Below are positions 1 to 13,070 of a DNA stretch of 64,000 bases, piece by piece. A program made the position numbers and the translations under genes. Every line of letters starts with the position of its first letter. Positions within the stretch are counted from its first letter, which is position 1. Source of the stretch: Spizellomyces punctatus DAOM BR117 (Eukaryota); NCBI GenBank assembly GCA_000182565.2, contig KQ257461.1. One strand, 5' to 3'. A model generated the notes under the pieces. The model did not search any database, was not told the origin of the DNA, and was given only the letters and a program-made list of their open reading frames with translations.

Positions 1-15
1 AGAACGTCCAAGCCT

Positions 16-336
16 TCAATGACATCCAGTCGTTGAATTCCTCCACACTTTCATCATCGTCTGTACATTAGTCTCTTCCTGCTGTTCCGAAATTTCTTGG
101 TCGCCTGACGTGCTGTGCTGAGCGACATCCTCGGCAGAAGGCGATATGACCTGGATTGCTTGTGGGGACGGAGGCGAAGGTTCAAGGTACTCGACATCGG
201 TAAGTTGGACGGTATTTTCTGCCTGCAATACAGTTTTCAAGGCAGTTCTGTTCGTCTCTGTCACCGTCTCCTCCAGAGCTGGGCCTTGGTCATTGAGACG
301 TAAGGCAGCCTCGTCGTCGTCTTCTGCTCGGATCAT
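16..336 (-). CDS. Hypothetical acidic low-complexity protein, possibly one exon of a gene running off the window edge
   Basis: 106-aa ORF with E/Q/S/T-rich, protein-like composition; no recognisable motif. Confidence 0.35.
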   Translation of the reverse strand: MIRAEDDDEAALRLNDQGPALEETVTETNRTALKTVLQAENTVQLTDVEYLEPSPPSPQAIQVISPSAEDVAQHSTSGDQEISEQQEETNVQTMMKVWRNSTTGCH

Positions 337-1017
337 GTTTGAAACCTCTGACAGCTTGCACTTTGCAGCAATACAAGAGTATTAGAGAAGGTAGTTGAAC
401 GTAATGATGTGACCAGCTGGAAGCTGAACTCTACAGTTTCATTCTCCACCACAAAGGAAAACGCGAGGGAAAAGGCCTCGCGCGGGGGCTTCGGACATGC
501 ACGTGATGTGCTTTATAAGCCGGCATTCGGACAGATCTTCACCTATTGACCATCGTTAGCGTTGTCTACGGCTTTGCGATAATGGTCTAGTTTTTGGAGT
601 ATGCCAATGTACTTTATTGAATCAACATTGGTAAGTCTCTTTCCATCCTCTTGGTAGGTACTGAAATTCTCTCTTCCCGAATCAGCCGACTACAGATTTG
701 CCATATCGGCATTACTTTGCTGCATGTGATGTACCAATCTTCAAGAGGGCCATTCGTCAACTCCCGAAGGTGGACGGTTGCATGCCCGGCCATTGGTGTC
801 AACCCGTCGTTGGCCAGCGAGCGAGCGACCGTTGCCTGTGGGTCTGGTTGGCTGTGCCACTATTGTAATCTAACCATATTTGAATCTTGCTGTCAACGCG
901 TGGATTTTGTCCTGCTGCTTGCCGTCGTCACAACGGCGGCGACCGCGCACCCATAAGCTCTGATTCATCCAAGCAATTACCACCCATATTCTCCTTCCAC
1001 ATAAACCGTAGACCACC

Positions 1018-1785
1018 ATGTCTAGAAACCCATTCGCAGACGATGCACCGTTGTTTGATGCACCGCCGGGTGAAGAGCCATTGTTTTTGCAGCCCACGAG
1101 CAGAGTGCGTTCTTCCTTGAGATTTGCATCGGCCAACGGTTGACAAAGTTTGCTTATATGTTAGTGCCTTTGTACAGGACAGGATGATTGAAAACGTTAT
1201 TGGTGCTGGGGTTCTCGCGTTTGTTGTGGTGAGTATTTGTTGGAATATATCATATCAGTCCTTTTAGATGTGCATGTTCACACTCAGCAAATGAATCCTG
1301 ATTATTGTCCATGACTAGTTGACGTTCATATTCTCGTTGATCAATGGATTCGGAAGATCCGCGAACCATCTCTTCCTCGGACTTGTTCTGTTGTCGTTTA
1401 CATTTGTAGCAATCCAACTGGTGAGAAGGCCTTTAATTACCAAAAGTCCACATTGTGCTTGCATCCATTCTAAACACGATCGTCTTCCCGATCACAGATT
1501 CGATGGTACCGACTAGGCGATTTGGATCCGAAATTCAAATTCCTTATCCTAACTATGGGTGTATCAGTGGTTATACTTGGCATCGTCGCCAACGTGTATT
1601 TTTGGTCGACTACGGTGGATCCAGGATTGGCAAGCTGCAATGGCACGCCCGTACCAGAATATCATGCAAAGAGGGCTCTCTTTGAGGCTGCCACTGGTCA
1701 GTGTTGGTATATTTGTGACAAGGGATTCGCTTTGGATGCGAGTGGCGGTGCACCAGGAGTATGTAAAACCTTACCGGCAAACTAG
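1018..1785 (+). CDS. TMEM243: TMEM243-like (DUF2678) small membrane protein with a Cys-rich C-terminal extension, 4 exons
   Basis: Manual splicing over three GT-AG introns gives MSRNPFADDAPLF...QDRMIENVIGAGVLAFVV|LTFIFS...FVAIQL|IRWYRLGDLDPKFKFLI...ANVYFW. WYRxGDLxPKF and ANxYF match TMEM243 as I recall it. Confidence 0.75.
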
Positions 1786-2239
1786 TGAATGGCAATATAC
1801 ATTGTTGAATGAGTCTGCTCCTGCATGGAAGTCGTATATATGTGTATCCTTTTGCAACGGCTAGCCAAAGCCCTCACTGGGCGACTAAGATGTTTGAGCT
1901 TGATCTCTCGTCCACTCACCAAATAGCCAGCAGTTTGGCGGCAAATATACCCCTCCTTCTTCTGACATGTCTTTGATGTGGACTGAAGTTCGTGAGTTCA
2001 GTCCCATCCCATCCATGGAATGATTTTGGGCTTTCTGAGTTCTATGAAACGGGGGGGATTCATAGAAAGATCGGCAGCAGCGAGGTAAGCCAACCATCGC
2101 GGCCATGGCAAGAGTGATAAATGGACGATACGAGTTCTCGTTGTGCTTCTTTTACCATAAATCTGCTCTTTGATCTCAATTCTCCAATTCAACTTTCTGT
2201 GCAAACGAGCTATTGTCTTGCAGGTAACCCAAGGCCCAC

Positions 2240-2713
2240 CTATACGACGTCTCCTCGCTCCATATGCTCCGCCAAGGTCTCTTCATACTTTAAAGCTGCA
2301 CTAAGAGTCTTTGCCGCCGCTGATTTCGGTCTAACATATCCGATTTCTTCCTGTTCGGATTTAATCCGCTCCTCAGCCTCCTTTCTGAGCCGGCGAGCAA
2401 GGTCCGCTGGCGAATAAGACCCTTTTTTGGAGGGCAATGCTGCTTTTTGGATATCAAGGGATTTATCGCCAGGGAGCTCGAGCTCTGTTGCCATTGCTGA
2501 AGCGTATTTACCGAATGCCGCTATAAGCCATCGATTGAATTTTGTGATATTACTCAAGTAGTTGCCAGATTTGATATTACCACATGCGTTGGCACCCTCA
2601 TCGTGTGGGTCAATGTGACCTTTTTGGTGTCCAACTTCTTGGCTATGGAGACTCGCTTCTGCTTTGAGGTCGGAGAGTTTCCTATATGCGTCAGGTGCCA
2701 AGTTTTCCGCCAT
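2240..2713 (-). CDS. Hypothetical protein (3' end uncertain, may be spliced)
   Basis: 157-aa ATG ORF with a charged helical segment; no known motif. Confidence 0.45.
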   Translation of the reverse strand: MAENLAPDAYRKLSDLKAEASLHSQEVGHQKGHIDPHDEGANACGNIKSGNYLSNITKFNRWLIAAFGKYASAMATELELPGDKSLDIQKAALPSKKGSYSPADLARRLRKEAEERIKSEQEEIGYVRPKSAAAKTLSAALKYEETLAEHMERGDVV

Positions 2714-3800
2714 GATGTCTAGGGGTGTGGAAAATGGAATGCTGATGGCGAGCAGTTCATTTCACGATAACTTGATTTTCTTTACGTGATTCGCCTTACG
2801 GGAGTACTGGTACTCTTCATGACGTGATTGGCAATCCAACTAATGCACCGACAATTGAGCGAACGCCAATTCTCCAGTGACAGTTGAAACGTTGGAGGCT
2901 CATCATTTATGACATAGTGAAGGTTGTGAAAGCGCGCAAAAGATCTTTATCTTGTTCAGTAGCAAGGTCTCTTGATGATAAGATATCAGGCATGCAAGCA
3001 CCTTCACAACCAGCTAGTCTACTTTATCTATCTTTCATGACAAGGCCAAGCTCATTACAAGGTAGGCAACCAAAAACCTCCAGCAACACATGTTTGTGAC
3101 GTCCATAACGGCGCGCATCGAAACCCGGTACCCGGTATACGGAAGGTCGGAAAATTCTATCCACAATTTAAATACCAGCAAAAACTTTTATGTTCCAAAT
3201 TCCTGAAACCATAAGATCTCGTGGAGCGCGGTCACATGCTAACTGCAAATCTTTCTGAACCAAGGCTACGATCGATTTCGGAAATTTTCGGATAACGGGA
3301 ATGTGGGGGTTCTGGCGGCACAGTCCACAAACTCGGACCAGAACGGCTTCCTGTTGCTAACACGTCGGAGACGCCAACAGCACCTGCCAAGGACATGATG
3401 GCAAACCCTTATTGAACAAACACGTCGTCACTTCAAGCCTTCTGTGAAATCCGCATGTTCCCAGCGTAGGTCAATCGAATCCATCTCGCTTACCAAAAGG
3501 TGTATGGATGCTTGTCGATTATCGGAGGAAGATAAGAATAAATGTCTCCAACGAGTATGTGCCACCCACTCAATGTGACAGTGCCTCTCATTATGCATGA
3601 CTGTGCCATAGCCTGAAATGCACATGTTGCGTGTCTGAAGATCAGCTAAAGGGGGAGACAGTTGTGTTTCGAGATCCCCTTGAATTTAACGTTGCATTGC
3701 CACCGTGTAGACCAGTGGCACAGCGACTGTTCCATGCACTGGATTGAAATCGATCTCATCTTGTGTGACCAGAGTAAAAAACGGATATGGGCCTTGGGGA

Positions 3801-3808
3801 GTATATAA
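3801..3808 (+). promoter_or_regulatory. Candidate TATA box of GLT1
   Basis: TATATAAA about 500 nt upstream of the GLT1 ATG, followed by a pyrimidine-rich tract. Confidence 0.45.
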
Positions 3809-4305
3809 AGGGCGTGGGACTCTGGATTTTTCTTCTTCCCCTTCTGCCCTCCTTCCTTGCCGACACTCGCAGCTGGGTGTTTCTTGCAAAAGTCCGGTTC
3901 TCGCCCAAACCAGCGCTTTTCGCCAAAATCCTTGTCTGTGTGCTTCATCGTCGTCGTTAGGAAGGGAGTCTGTCTTCATTATTAGTATTATATTGGATAT
4001 CCGACTACTCTACTACACACTTTTTGCACATACACTATTGTTTTTTTCGTTTTTCTGTCTCCTCGGGACCTTGCTGGTGAGTGCACAGTGCTTTTTAGGC
4101 AGAATTCCGAACCATTGTATAGCTTGTTTTGGCTGACTCTGGAGATTTCCCCATCTTTTACAGAACTGTTTATCTGCAAGGATTCCATTTGTAACCTAGA
4201 TTTTTCACACATACACTTTTCATCTTTATCCACAGGTGGGCTCGCTCGTTTGCTGTCTGTGAAAAAAGGATCAGATTTACTTACCAGCGCAGTTGGGTTT
4301 AAAAG

Positions 4306-7300
4306 ATGGCTCCGCAGGACGAACACTTTGAGTCTTGGGCGGATGTTATCCCGCAAGCTCAGGGTCTATACGACCCCGAATTTGAGAAGGATGCTTGTGG
4401 TGTTGGGTTTGTTTGTCACATTAAGGGGCAGCCTAGCCACGAGATTGTTGCGGATGCACGCAACTTACTCTGCAACATGACCCACCGTGGTGCCGTAGGG
4501 GCAGACACTCGGGATGGTGATGGCGCTGGCGTCATGTGTTCGATCCCTCACGAACTCTTTGGTCGCGAGATTAAGAGAAACTTTGGCATTGTATTGCCTC
4601 CGCCCGGGCAATATGCTGTTGGTAACATTTATCTCAAACCCGACGAGGTCGTGATGAAAGACAGCCAAGAGAAATTTGAGGAAATCGCTCAAAGCCTCGG
4701 TCTCAATGTGCTCTGCTGGCGTCCAGTACCGCGCAACAACACTATTCTCGGCCCATCCTCCAAAAGCAAAGAACCCGAAATTTTCCAGCCCTTCGTCACC
4801 CTAGTCCGCGCTCACAATGCCGAATTTGACTACAAACACTTTGAGCGTCAGCTCTATCTTCTCCGCAAACAAACTACTCACGCTATCACATTAAAGAAAT
4901 GGTTCTACATCTGTTCTCTTTCGAGCAAACACATGGTATACAAGGGTCTGCTCGCCCCGGTGCAAGTATATGACTACTTTGCTGATCTGACCAACCCTGG
5001 TTTCAAATCATACTTTTGTTTGGTTCACTCTCGTTTCTCCACCAACACGTTTCCTTCATGGGACCGTGCACAGCCGATGCGATGGTGCGCTCACAATGGT
5101 GAAATCAACACGCTTCGTGGTAACAAAAACTGGATGAGAGCCAGAGAAGGTGTCATTAAGAGCGAAGCATTCAAGGAACATCTGGAAACCCTTTTGCCTA
5201 TCATTGAAGAAGGCGGTTCCGATTCTGCCGCTTTTGATAACGTGCTCGAGCTTCTGATTATGAATGGTGTCGTATCGCTTCCCGAGGCCGTCATGATGAT
5301 GATTCCAGAAGCCTGGGAGAACCAGCCCAACATGGAACCTGAGAAGCGCGCTTTCTACGAATGGGCCGCATGTCTTATGGAGCCATGGGACGGTCCTGCG
5401 CTGTTCACGTTCTCGGACGGTCGATACGTTGGTGCTTCATTGGATCGTAACGGTCTTCGCCCCTGTCGATTCTATGTCACGGACGCCGACATTATGATTT
5501 GCGCCTCTGAAGTGGGCACTATCTTCGTCAAACCGGAGACTATCGTTTCCAAGGGACGTCTCCAACCCGGAAAGATGTTGCTTGTTGATACTGAAGAAGG
5601 ACGTGTTGTCGATGACCGCGAGCTCAAAATGAGGATCTGCACGGAGCGCCCCTTCGGAACCTGGATCAAAGATAATATGCTCAGCATGGAGGATGTTCGC
5701 AAATTCGCTCAGCGGTCGGGAGCTTTCCATAAACCCGCTCTTGACGAGCACTCGGTGGCAGAGGATAAGCGCATGTTGGCGTTTGGTTTCACCATTGAGC
5801 AGCTTAACATGCTCATCATGCCGATGGTCGCGGACGGTAAAGAAGCCCTCGGATCTATGGGTTACGATACGCCGCTTGCCTGCATGTCTCGACAGCCAAA
5901 GGTGGTCTATGAATACTTCCGTCAGCTGTTCGCTCAAGTCACCAATCCACCCATTGATCCCATCCGTGAGGAAATTGTCATGTCCTTGTCCTGCTATGTC
6001 GGACCTCAAGGCAATATTCTCGAGATGACTCCCACTCAAGCACATCGGCTTCACCTCCCCTCTCCCATCATCTCCATCGAGGAATTGGAAGCACTCAAGA
6101 CATTGCCACGCTTCAGGGCTGATTGGAGTGTTGCTGAGATTGACATTACTTTCCCTAAGAACGAGGGCGTGGCTGGCTACCTCGCTGCTCTCGACCGCGT
6201 GTGCTCCGAAGTGTCTCAAGCCATTCACGATGGGTTGAAGATTGCTATCCTCAGCGACCGCCACGTGTCCTCCGACCGCGTTCCTCTCTCCGCTCTCGTT
6301 GCCTTGGGAGGTGTGCACCACCATCTGGTCCGTAACAAGCTTCGGTCCAAAATTGCATTGGTGGCAGAGACTGGTGAAGCGCGCGAAGTCCATCACTTCT
6401 GTGTACTCTTGGGATATGGTGCCGACGCTATCTGCCCGTACTTGGCGTACGAGGCGATGCTCAAGCTGAAGAGGGAGAATATCCTCAGGAGGGATCTTGC
6501 CGAAGACAAAATCATTTACAATTACATTAAGGCGAGCAATGACGGTATCCGCAAGGTGATGTCCAAGATGGGTATCTCCACTTTGCAGAGTTACAAGGCT
6601 GCTCAGATTTTCGAGGCTCTTGGTTTGGACTCTTCGGTTGTTTCCAAGTGCTTCTCTGGTACAGCTTCACGTATCAAGGGTGTCGGATTTGATATTTTGG
6701 CGTTGGACGCCATCACCTTCCATGAAGCCGCTTGGCCATCGCGTGACACTGTCACCATTGAGACGCTCCCGGAGTCTGGTGACTACCACTGGCGTGATGG
6801 TGGAGAGGCACACATCAACGACCCGGCCAGTATCGCGAATTTGCAAGATGCTGTCCGCCGCAAAAACACCAATGCCTACGAAGCATACTCACGTCAATCA
6901 TACGAGCAGATCAAGAATTGCACACTTCGTGGTCTTCTCGACTTCAAATTTGACAATTCAAGACCCATTCCAATCGAGGACGTTGAGCCATGGACAAACA
7001 TTGTCAAGCGTTTCTGTACAGGCGCCATGTCGTACGGGTCTATCTCCTTCGAGGCGCACTCAACACTTGCTTTGGCCATGAACCGTTTGGGCGGAAAAAG
7101 TAACACTGGAGAAGGTGGCGAAGACCCAGAGCGATCGAAACCTTTGACCAACGGAGATTCCATGCGTTCTGCCATCAAGCAAGTCGCCTCAGGTCGTTTC
7201 GGTGTCACGAGCTACTACCTCTCAGATGCTGAGGAACTCCAAATCAAGATGGCGCAAGGTGCCAAACCCGGTGAAGGTGGTGAGCTCCCTGGACACAAGG

Positions 7301-10300
7301 TGTCCGAAGGCATCGCTGCTACGCGTAAATCTACCCCCGGCGTTGGACTTATCAGTCCCCCTCCCCATCACGACATCTACTCCATTGAAGATCTTAAGCA
7401 GTTGATTTACGATTTGAAATGTGCCAACCCCGCATCTCGCGTGTCTGTCAAACTCGTATCCGAAGTCGGTGTCGGTGTTATTGCTTCCGGTGTGGCCAAG
7501 GCAAGGGCGGACCACATTTTGATCTCTGGTCATGATGGAGGCACGGGAGCCAGTCGATGGACTGGTATCAAATACGCCGGTCTTCCTTGGGAGCTTGGTC
7601 TTGCCGAAACGCACCAAACTCTGGTCCTTAACGACCTTCGTGGCCGTGTAGTTCTTCAGACCGATGGTCAAATAAAGACAGGTCGTGATGTTGCCATTGC
7701 ATGTCTGCTCGGCGCTGAAGAATGGGGTTTCGCAACTGCTCCTCTCATTGCCATGGGCTGTACTATGATGCGGAAGTGTCACCTGGTGAGTGGACGTTAC
7801 TTTAATGCATCATTTACATGAGGAACTAACTCGCTTTCCTACATTAGAACACCTGCCCAGTTGGTGTGGCTACTCAGGACCCTGAACTGCGGAAGAAGTT
7901 TGAGGGTACTCCTGAAGACGTTGTGAATTTCTTCTATTACGTCGCCGAAGAATGCCGTACGATAATGGCCAAGCTTGGTTTCCACACGATCGATGAGATG
8001 GTTGGTCGTACCGACTTCTTAACGGTCAACGAGGCCGTCAAGAATCCCAAAACCCGCAACCTCGATCTCACACCGATCCTAACTCCCGCTTTCACCCTTC
8101 GTCCTGGTGCAGCTACTCATAACGTGAAGAAGCAAGATCACATGTTGTACAAACGTTTGGACAACAAGCTGATCGAGCAGGCCAAGCGGGCTCTTGAGAC
8201 GCGTCGTCCTGTTCAGATCGCGGCCGAAGTTGTGAACACTGACCGTGCCCTCGGGGCCACACTCAGTTACGAAGTGTCAAGGGCCCACGGTGAAGCAGGT
8301 CTACCGGACGGTACAATTCACGTGCAGCTCACAGGGTCCGCCGGTCAATCTCTGGGAGCTTTCTTGGCTCCTGGTGTGTTCATTGAGTTGGAGGGTGACG
8401 CCAACGACTATGTAGGCAAAGGTCTTTCGGGAGGACAAATTGTCGTATACCCTCCAAAGGTCTCCAAGTTCAAGGCTGAAGAGAACATCATTGTTGGAAA
8501 CGTTTGTTTGTACGGTGCTACCAGCGGTAAAGCCTTCTTCTCTGGAGTTGCCGCCGAGCGTTTCGCGGTCCGTAACTCGGGTGCGATTGCTGTTGTCGAG
8601 GGAGTCGGTGACCACGGTTGTGAATACATGACTGGTGGTCGTGTGGTTATTCTCGGTCCTGCTGGACGCAACTTTGCTGCTGGTATGAGCGGAGGTATCG
8701 CCTACGTCCTCGACCAGGAGGATCGCTTCCACGGAATCTGCAACACGGAGATGGTAGACTTGGATCGCGTGAACGAGGTTGACGATGTCAAGTGGCTCAA
8801 GGATTTGATTACCGAACATTACACGCTGACCGGCTCTGGCGTCGCACAACGTGTCCTCCAGAACTGGCACAAGGCTCTGCCCAAGTTCGTCAAGGTCTTC
8901 CCTCGTGATTACAAAGCAGTGTTGGCAAAGAAGATGCAGGAGAAGGAAGGCTCCCTCAACGCGCCAAAGGCTGAGCCCGCTCCTGCACCCGCACCCCGTA
9001 AAGAGCCGCTCCTTCTTGACCTTGAAGACAGTGTTACGGACGAAGCTATGGCGAAGAAGCGTGTCGCCGTCGTTGACAAGGTTCGCGGATTCATGAAGTA
9101 CAACCGTCAAGGCGACCAATACCGGAACCCACGCAAGCGTACAAAGGACTGGAAAGAGATCAACGCGCGTTTGAACCCTGAAGATCTCAAAGTTCAGGCT
9201 GCTCGTTGCATGGACTGTGGTGTACCCTTCTGTCAGTCGGACAATGGATGTCCCATTGGTAACATCATCCCCAAGTGGAACGACCTTGTCTTCAAGAACC
9301 AATGGCAAGAGGCTTTGGATCGCTTGCTGATGACCAACAACTTCCCCGAGTTCACTGGTCGCGTGTGTCCAGCTCCTTGCGAAGGTGCTTGTGTCTTGGG
9401 CATCAACGAGTTGCCCGTGTCGATCAAGAGCATTGAGTGTGCCATCATTGACCGGGGTTTCGCAGAGGGATGGATTGTTCCCACCCCACCAAAGCACCGT
9501 ACTGGAAAACGCATTGCAGTCATTGGTTCTGGACCCGCTGGGCTTGCGGCTGCCGATCAACTCAACAAGGCTGGTCACACTGTGACGGTATACGACCGTA
9601 ACGACCGTATTGGAGGTCTGCTTATGTACGGTATCCCCAACATGAAGCTTGACAAGGCTATTGTGCAGCGCCGTGTTGATTTGATGGCGGCTGAAGGTGT
9701 TGAGTTTGTCACCAATGCGCATGTCGGCAAGAACGTGGATGTCCGCAAGTTGAAGGAGGACAATGATGTCGTGGTGCTCGCTATGGGTGCGACATGGCCT
9801 CGTGACTTACCTGTGCCGAACAGGAACTTGGATGGTGTGCACTTTGCCATGGAATTCCTCCAACGTAATACCAAGAGTTTGTTGGACTCTGACCTTCGCA
9901 ATGGCGATTACCTCAGTGCTAAGGGCAAGCACGTTGTGGTTATTGGCGGAGGTGATACTGGTACTGATTGCTTGGCTACATCTTTGCGTCACGGTATGTA
10001 TGGCTGTTTGTCAGTTTGCATAATTCTCTCAATTGCTCATTTTCGCTTTATCCACCTCTAGGCGCTGCAAGCATTGTCAATTTTGAACTTCTTCCCCAAC
10101 CCCCAGCAACGCGTGCCAAGGACAACCCATGGCCCACGTTCCCCCGTGTCTTCAAGGTTGACTATGGTCACGCTGAGGTCGCTGTTCACCACGGCAAGGA
10201 TCCCCGTGAGTATTGCATCTTGACCAAAGAATTTGTGTCAGACGGCAAAGGTCACGTCAAGGGTATCAACACGGTTCGCGTTGAATGGACCAAGGACGAG

Positions 10301-10699
10301 AAGGGCGCATGGACGATGCGTGAAGTTCCAGGCACGGAGAAGTTCTTCCAAGCCGACATGGTTCTTCTCGCCATGGGATTCTTGGGGCCGGAGAAGGATG
10401 TCATGCAGCAGTTGGGTGTTACCCAGGACGCTAGGACCAACATTATCACCCCCAAGAACAGCTACGCGACCAACGTTCCAGGCGTATACGCTGCCGGTGA
10501 TTGCCGACGAGGGCAGAGTTTAATTGTATGGGGTATCAATGAAGGACGACAAGCTGCGAGGGAAATCGATCTTTATCTAATGGGCAACACACGATTGCCG
10601 GTGCCGGGCGGTATCGAGCAACGTCCAGTGGAACTATTGGAGCGGGTTGCATTGGCTTGGGCATCTGATGGTCGGGGCGGCACGGCAGGTGTTGCGTAA
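4306..10699 (+). CDS. GLT1: Glutamate synthase (NADH), fused large and small subunits; introns 7786-7847 and 9994-10061
   Basis: KDA/CGVGF Ntn cysteine, [54 protein letters not shown] 3Fe-4S region, [32 protein letters not shown]; both splice joins restore the frame. Confidence 0.98.
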
Positions 10700-11212
10700 A
10701 CAAAAAGTATGGGAGAATTGGTTGCTTTTTAGTTAATCGGGTGGGGCGGTGGCAGGGGAATGTGCTCACAAGCTACCGCTTATGGTCTACCAGAGTCTCA
10801 CAATCAAAACCCTTGAGGTCTCGTTGGGCGACGAGCCTAGGAGGGCGGAATGGAAGGTGACGGTGGACAGAGTGTGGTGGGTGGAGAGTGTGAGGTTTGA
10901 GCACGAGCAGGCACATGGATGAACATTCAAGCAGTATTGTGTTCGACATGTCAGCTACTACTTTTTTTTATTCTTATTCTCATTGTCTTTGACATGTTTT
11001 TTTTTGTTGCGTGCGTGTAAATTGCCCTTTGCTGAAGGGAGCATTTGTGAATACATTTTTAGTGTACATGATATCCTTTTCTTCTTTCATGGCTGGGATC
11101 TGCAAGATTGATACCACGTGCTTGATAAGTGTGCTGAGTGTGCGTGACATCAGCCGACGGTTCCTTCCTTCATCTCTGCCGCCAGTGTCCGCAAACGCTC
11201 TCAATAAACAAA

Positions 11213-12094
11213 ATGCCCACATTTCAGATACGAAAGAGTGCAGAGAGGGGACATGCCAACCACGGGTGGTTGGATACCTATCATGTAGGTTTACTGTTTG
11301 CATCCAAACGATGCGCTATTTGACAGATACGAGTTAACGGAAGGGAAAACAGACATTTTCGTTCGCAAACTACCATGATACTAAATTTATGGGATTTGGT
11401 GCCTTGAGGGTGTTGAACGAAGATCGAGTTGCATCTGGCAAGTTACTTTTAATCCGATAGCCCATCAATGAATTTCCGTAAAATAACGGTGGACACCACA
11501 GAAAACGGCTTTGGTACACACCCCCACAAGGAATACGAAATCTTTTCCTACATTGTGTCTGGAGTACTTACTCACACGGATTCCCTCGGGCACATTGAAC
11601 GTCTGACACGAGGGATGATACAGCATACATCTGCCGGAACCGGCGTAGCACATTCAGAAACCAACAATGACTCTGAGACTGTGCATTTTCTTCAAATTTG
11701 GTTGAAACCCGCTGTGCATGGTTTAAATCCCAGCTATGTCACTCGAACTTTTACGGATTCCGAAAAGCGGAATCGCCTATGTCCGGTTTTAAAACCAGAT
11801 CCTTCATTAGGACTATCTGTGCCTGTTGAGCTGCAACTGGATAGCCTTGTACCAACTCATGCTGATGTGTACATGTTTGCTGGTATCCTTGATAAAGGTC
11901 ACAAGGTTGTTTATCGGCCGGTTGGGAATAGTAGGAGGATGTATGTTCATGTTGTTATGGGGGGAGGGAGTTTGCGTGTGGGTGAGGTGGTACTTTTCGG
12001 AGGTGATGGGGTTTTTATTGAGGGTGTTGATGGTGGTGTGGAAGTGGAGGGGGTGAATGGAAGTGTTGAGTTTGTGGTTTTGGATTTGGATTGA
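11213..12094 (+). CDS. Pirin-family bicupin (YhhW/quercetinase-like), 3 exons
   Basis: [50 protein letters not shown]..|[39 protein letters not shown]. Confidence 0.92.
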
Positions 12095-12996
12095 TGTGGG
12101 TGGGATTGTTGATGAGTTGGGGTTGGTTTTTGTATATGATGATATACAGTGTTGAGAACGTATTCTGTCACACTAGTTTGTTTCTTGTGGAGTTTTTTGA
12201 AATTTCACACTGATGGGTGGATGAAATGAGGTTCTTGCAAGTCATTAAACCTAGAGCAAATGACAAGTTTGCTTGCAACAACGGTATGTTTTTCTTCCAT
12301 TCGTGACCGGCCAAATCAAGTGGAGGTAGCTTTGTACGATCTCCATACTATCAGGTTTTGCCAATCATAGCAACTACGGCCCCACGTACGCCAGATGTCC
12401 TCCTACACTGTCGGATAATCAATAGGCAAAGTACGAGATGTAGCGCACGAATACGAAACCGGATAAAAAGAACTTTTCTTGAAAAATGCAATGGAACGTT
12501 TTTGCATTCTAAAGAGATCCAATCATTGTATCGTCTGGCCAATGAATTCATTCTTTGTTCCTGTTTTTTACGATATCTTTTTCAGTTTTGCAAGTTTCTG
12601 AGACTAGCTAGACGCTGCAACTTCCAACCGCCCAGTCAGGGTCCCAAAGACAGCACCAACTTTTGATCAAAAAAAAAAACAAGTCGGGTCATCAAAACAA
12701 TAATGCAGGGCAAGGTGCGTAAATCCACTCATTCCTACGATTGATCCATTGGTGGGAGCTATATGCTATCGACAATTGAGCAAGTTCCCGATTCACATTT
12801 CAATCTGCACAACCGGATTATCGCCGAAACTTTCATAGGTGTTGAAACCTGGAACAATGCCATTCCTCCAAGTAACTAACCACTTTTCCGGCATGATTTC
12901 CGCAGTAAATTTGACTGTGATTCGTATCTCTTGCGAGAGATTTAAATACAAAAATTGGTTGCCCGAGAGGCAAAAGCGAACGTCCGATCCCTGAAA

Positions 12997-13070
12997 TGGT
13001 CTCGTCCAGGTTCGAACTGGAGACCTTCAGTGTGTTAGACTGATGTGATAACCAACTACACCACGAGACC
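12997..13070 (-). tRNA. tRNA-Val (AAC)
   Basis: Reverse complement GGTCTCGTGGTGTAGTTGGTTATCACATCAGTCT-AAC-ACACTGAAGGTCTCCAGTTCGAACCTGGACGAGACCA: paired acceptor stem, TCAGT/ACTGA anticodon stem, GTTCGAA T-loop. Confidence 0.96.

Noticed and set aside
460-510. CGCG and CACGTG motifs as cell-cycle or bHLH sites (also near 43033, 54717, 60087)
   Set aside because: Short motifs; enrichment cannot be established without genome-wide statistics
5437-9722. Long antisense ORFs (319 aa, 186 aa, 473 aa) opposite GLT1
   Set aside because: Shadow frames expected from the strong codon bias of a highly expressed gene; no motifs
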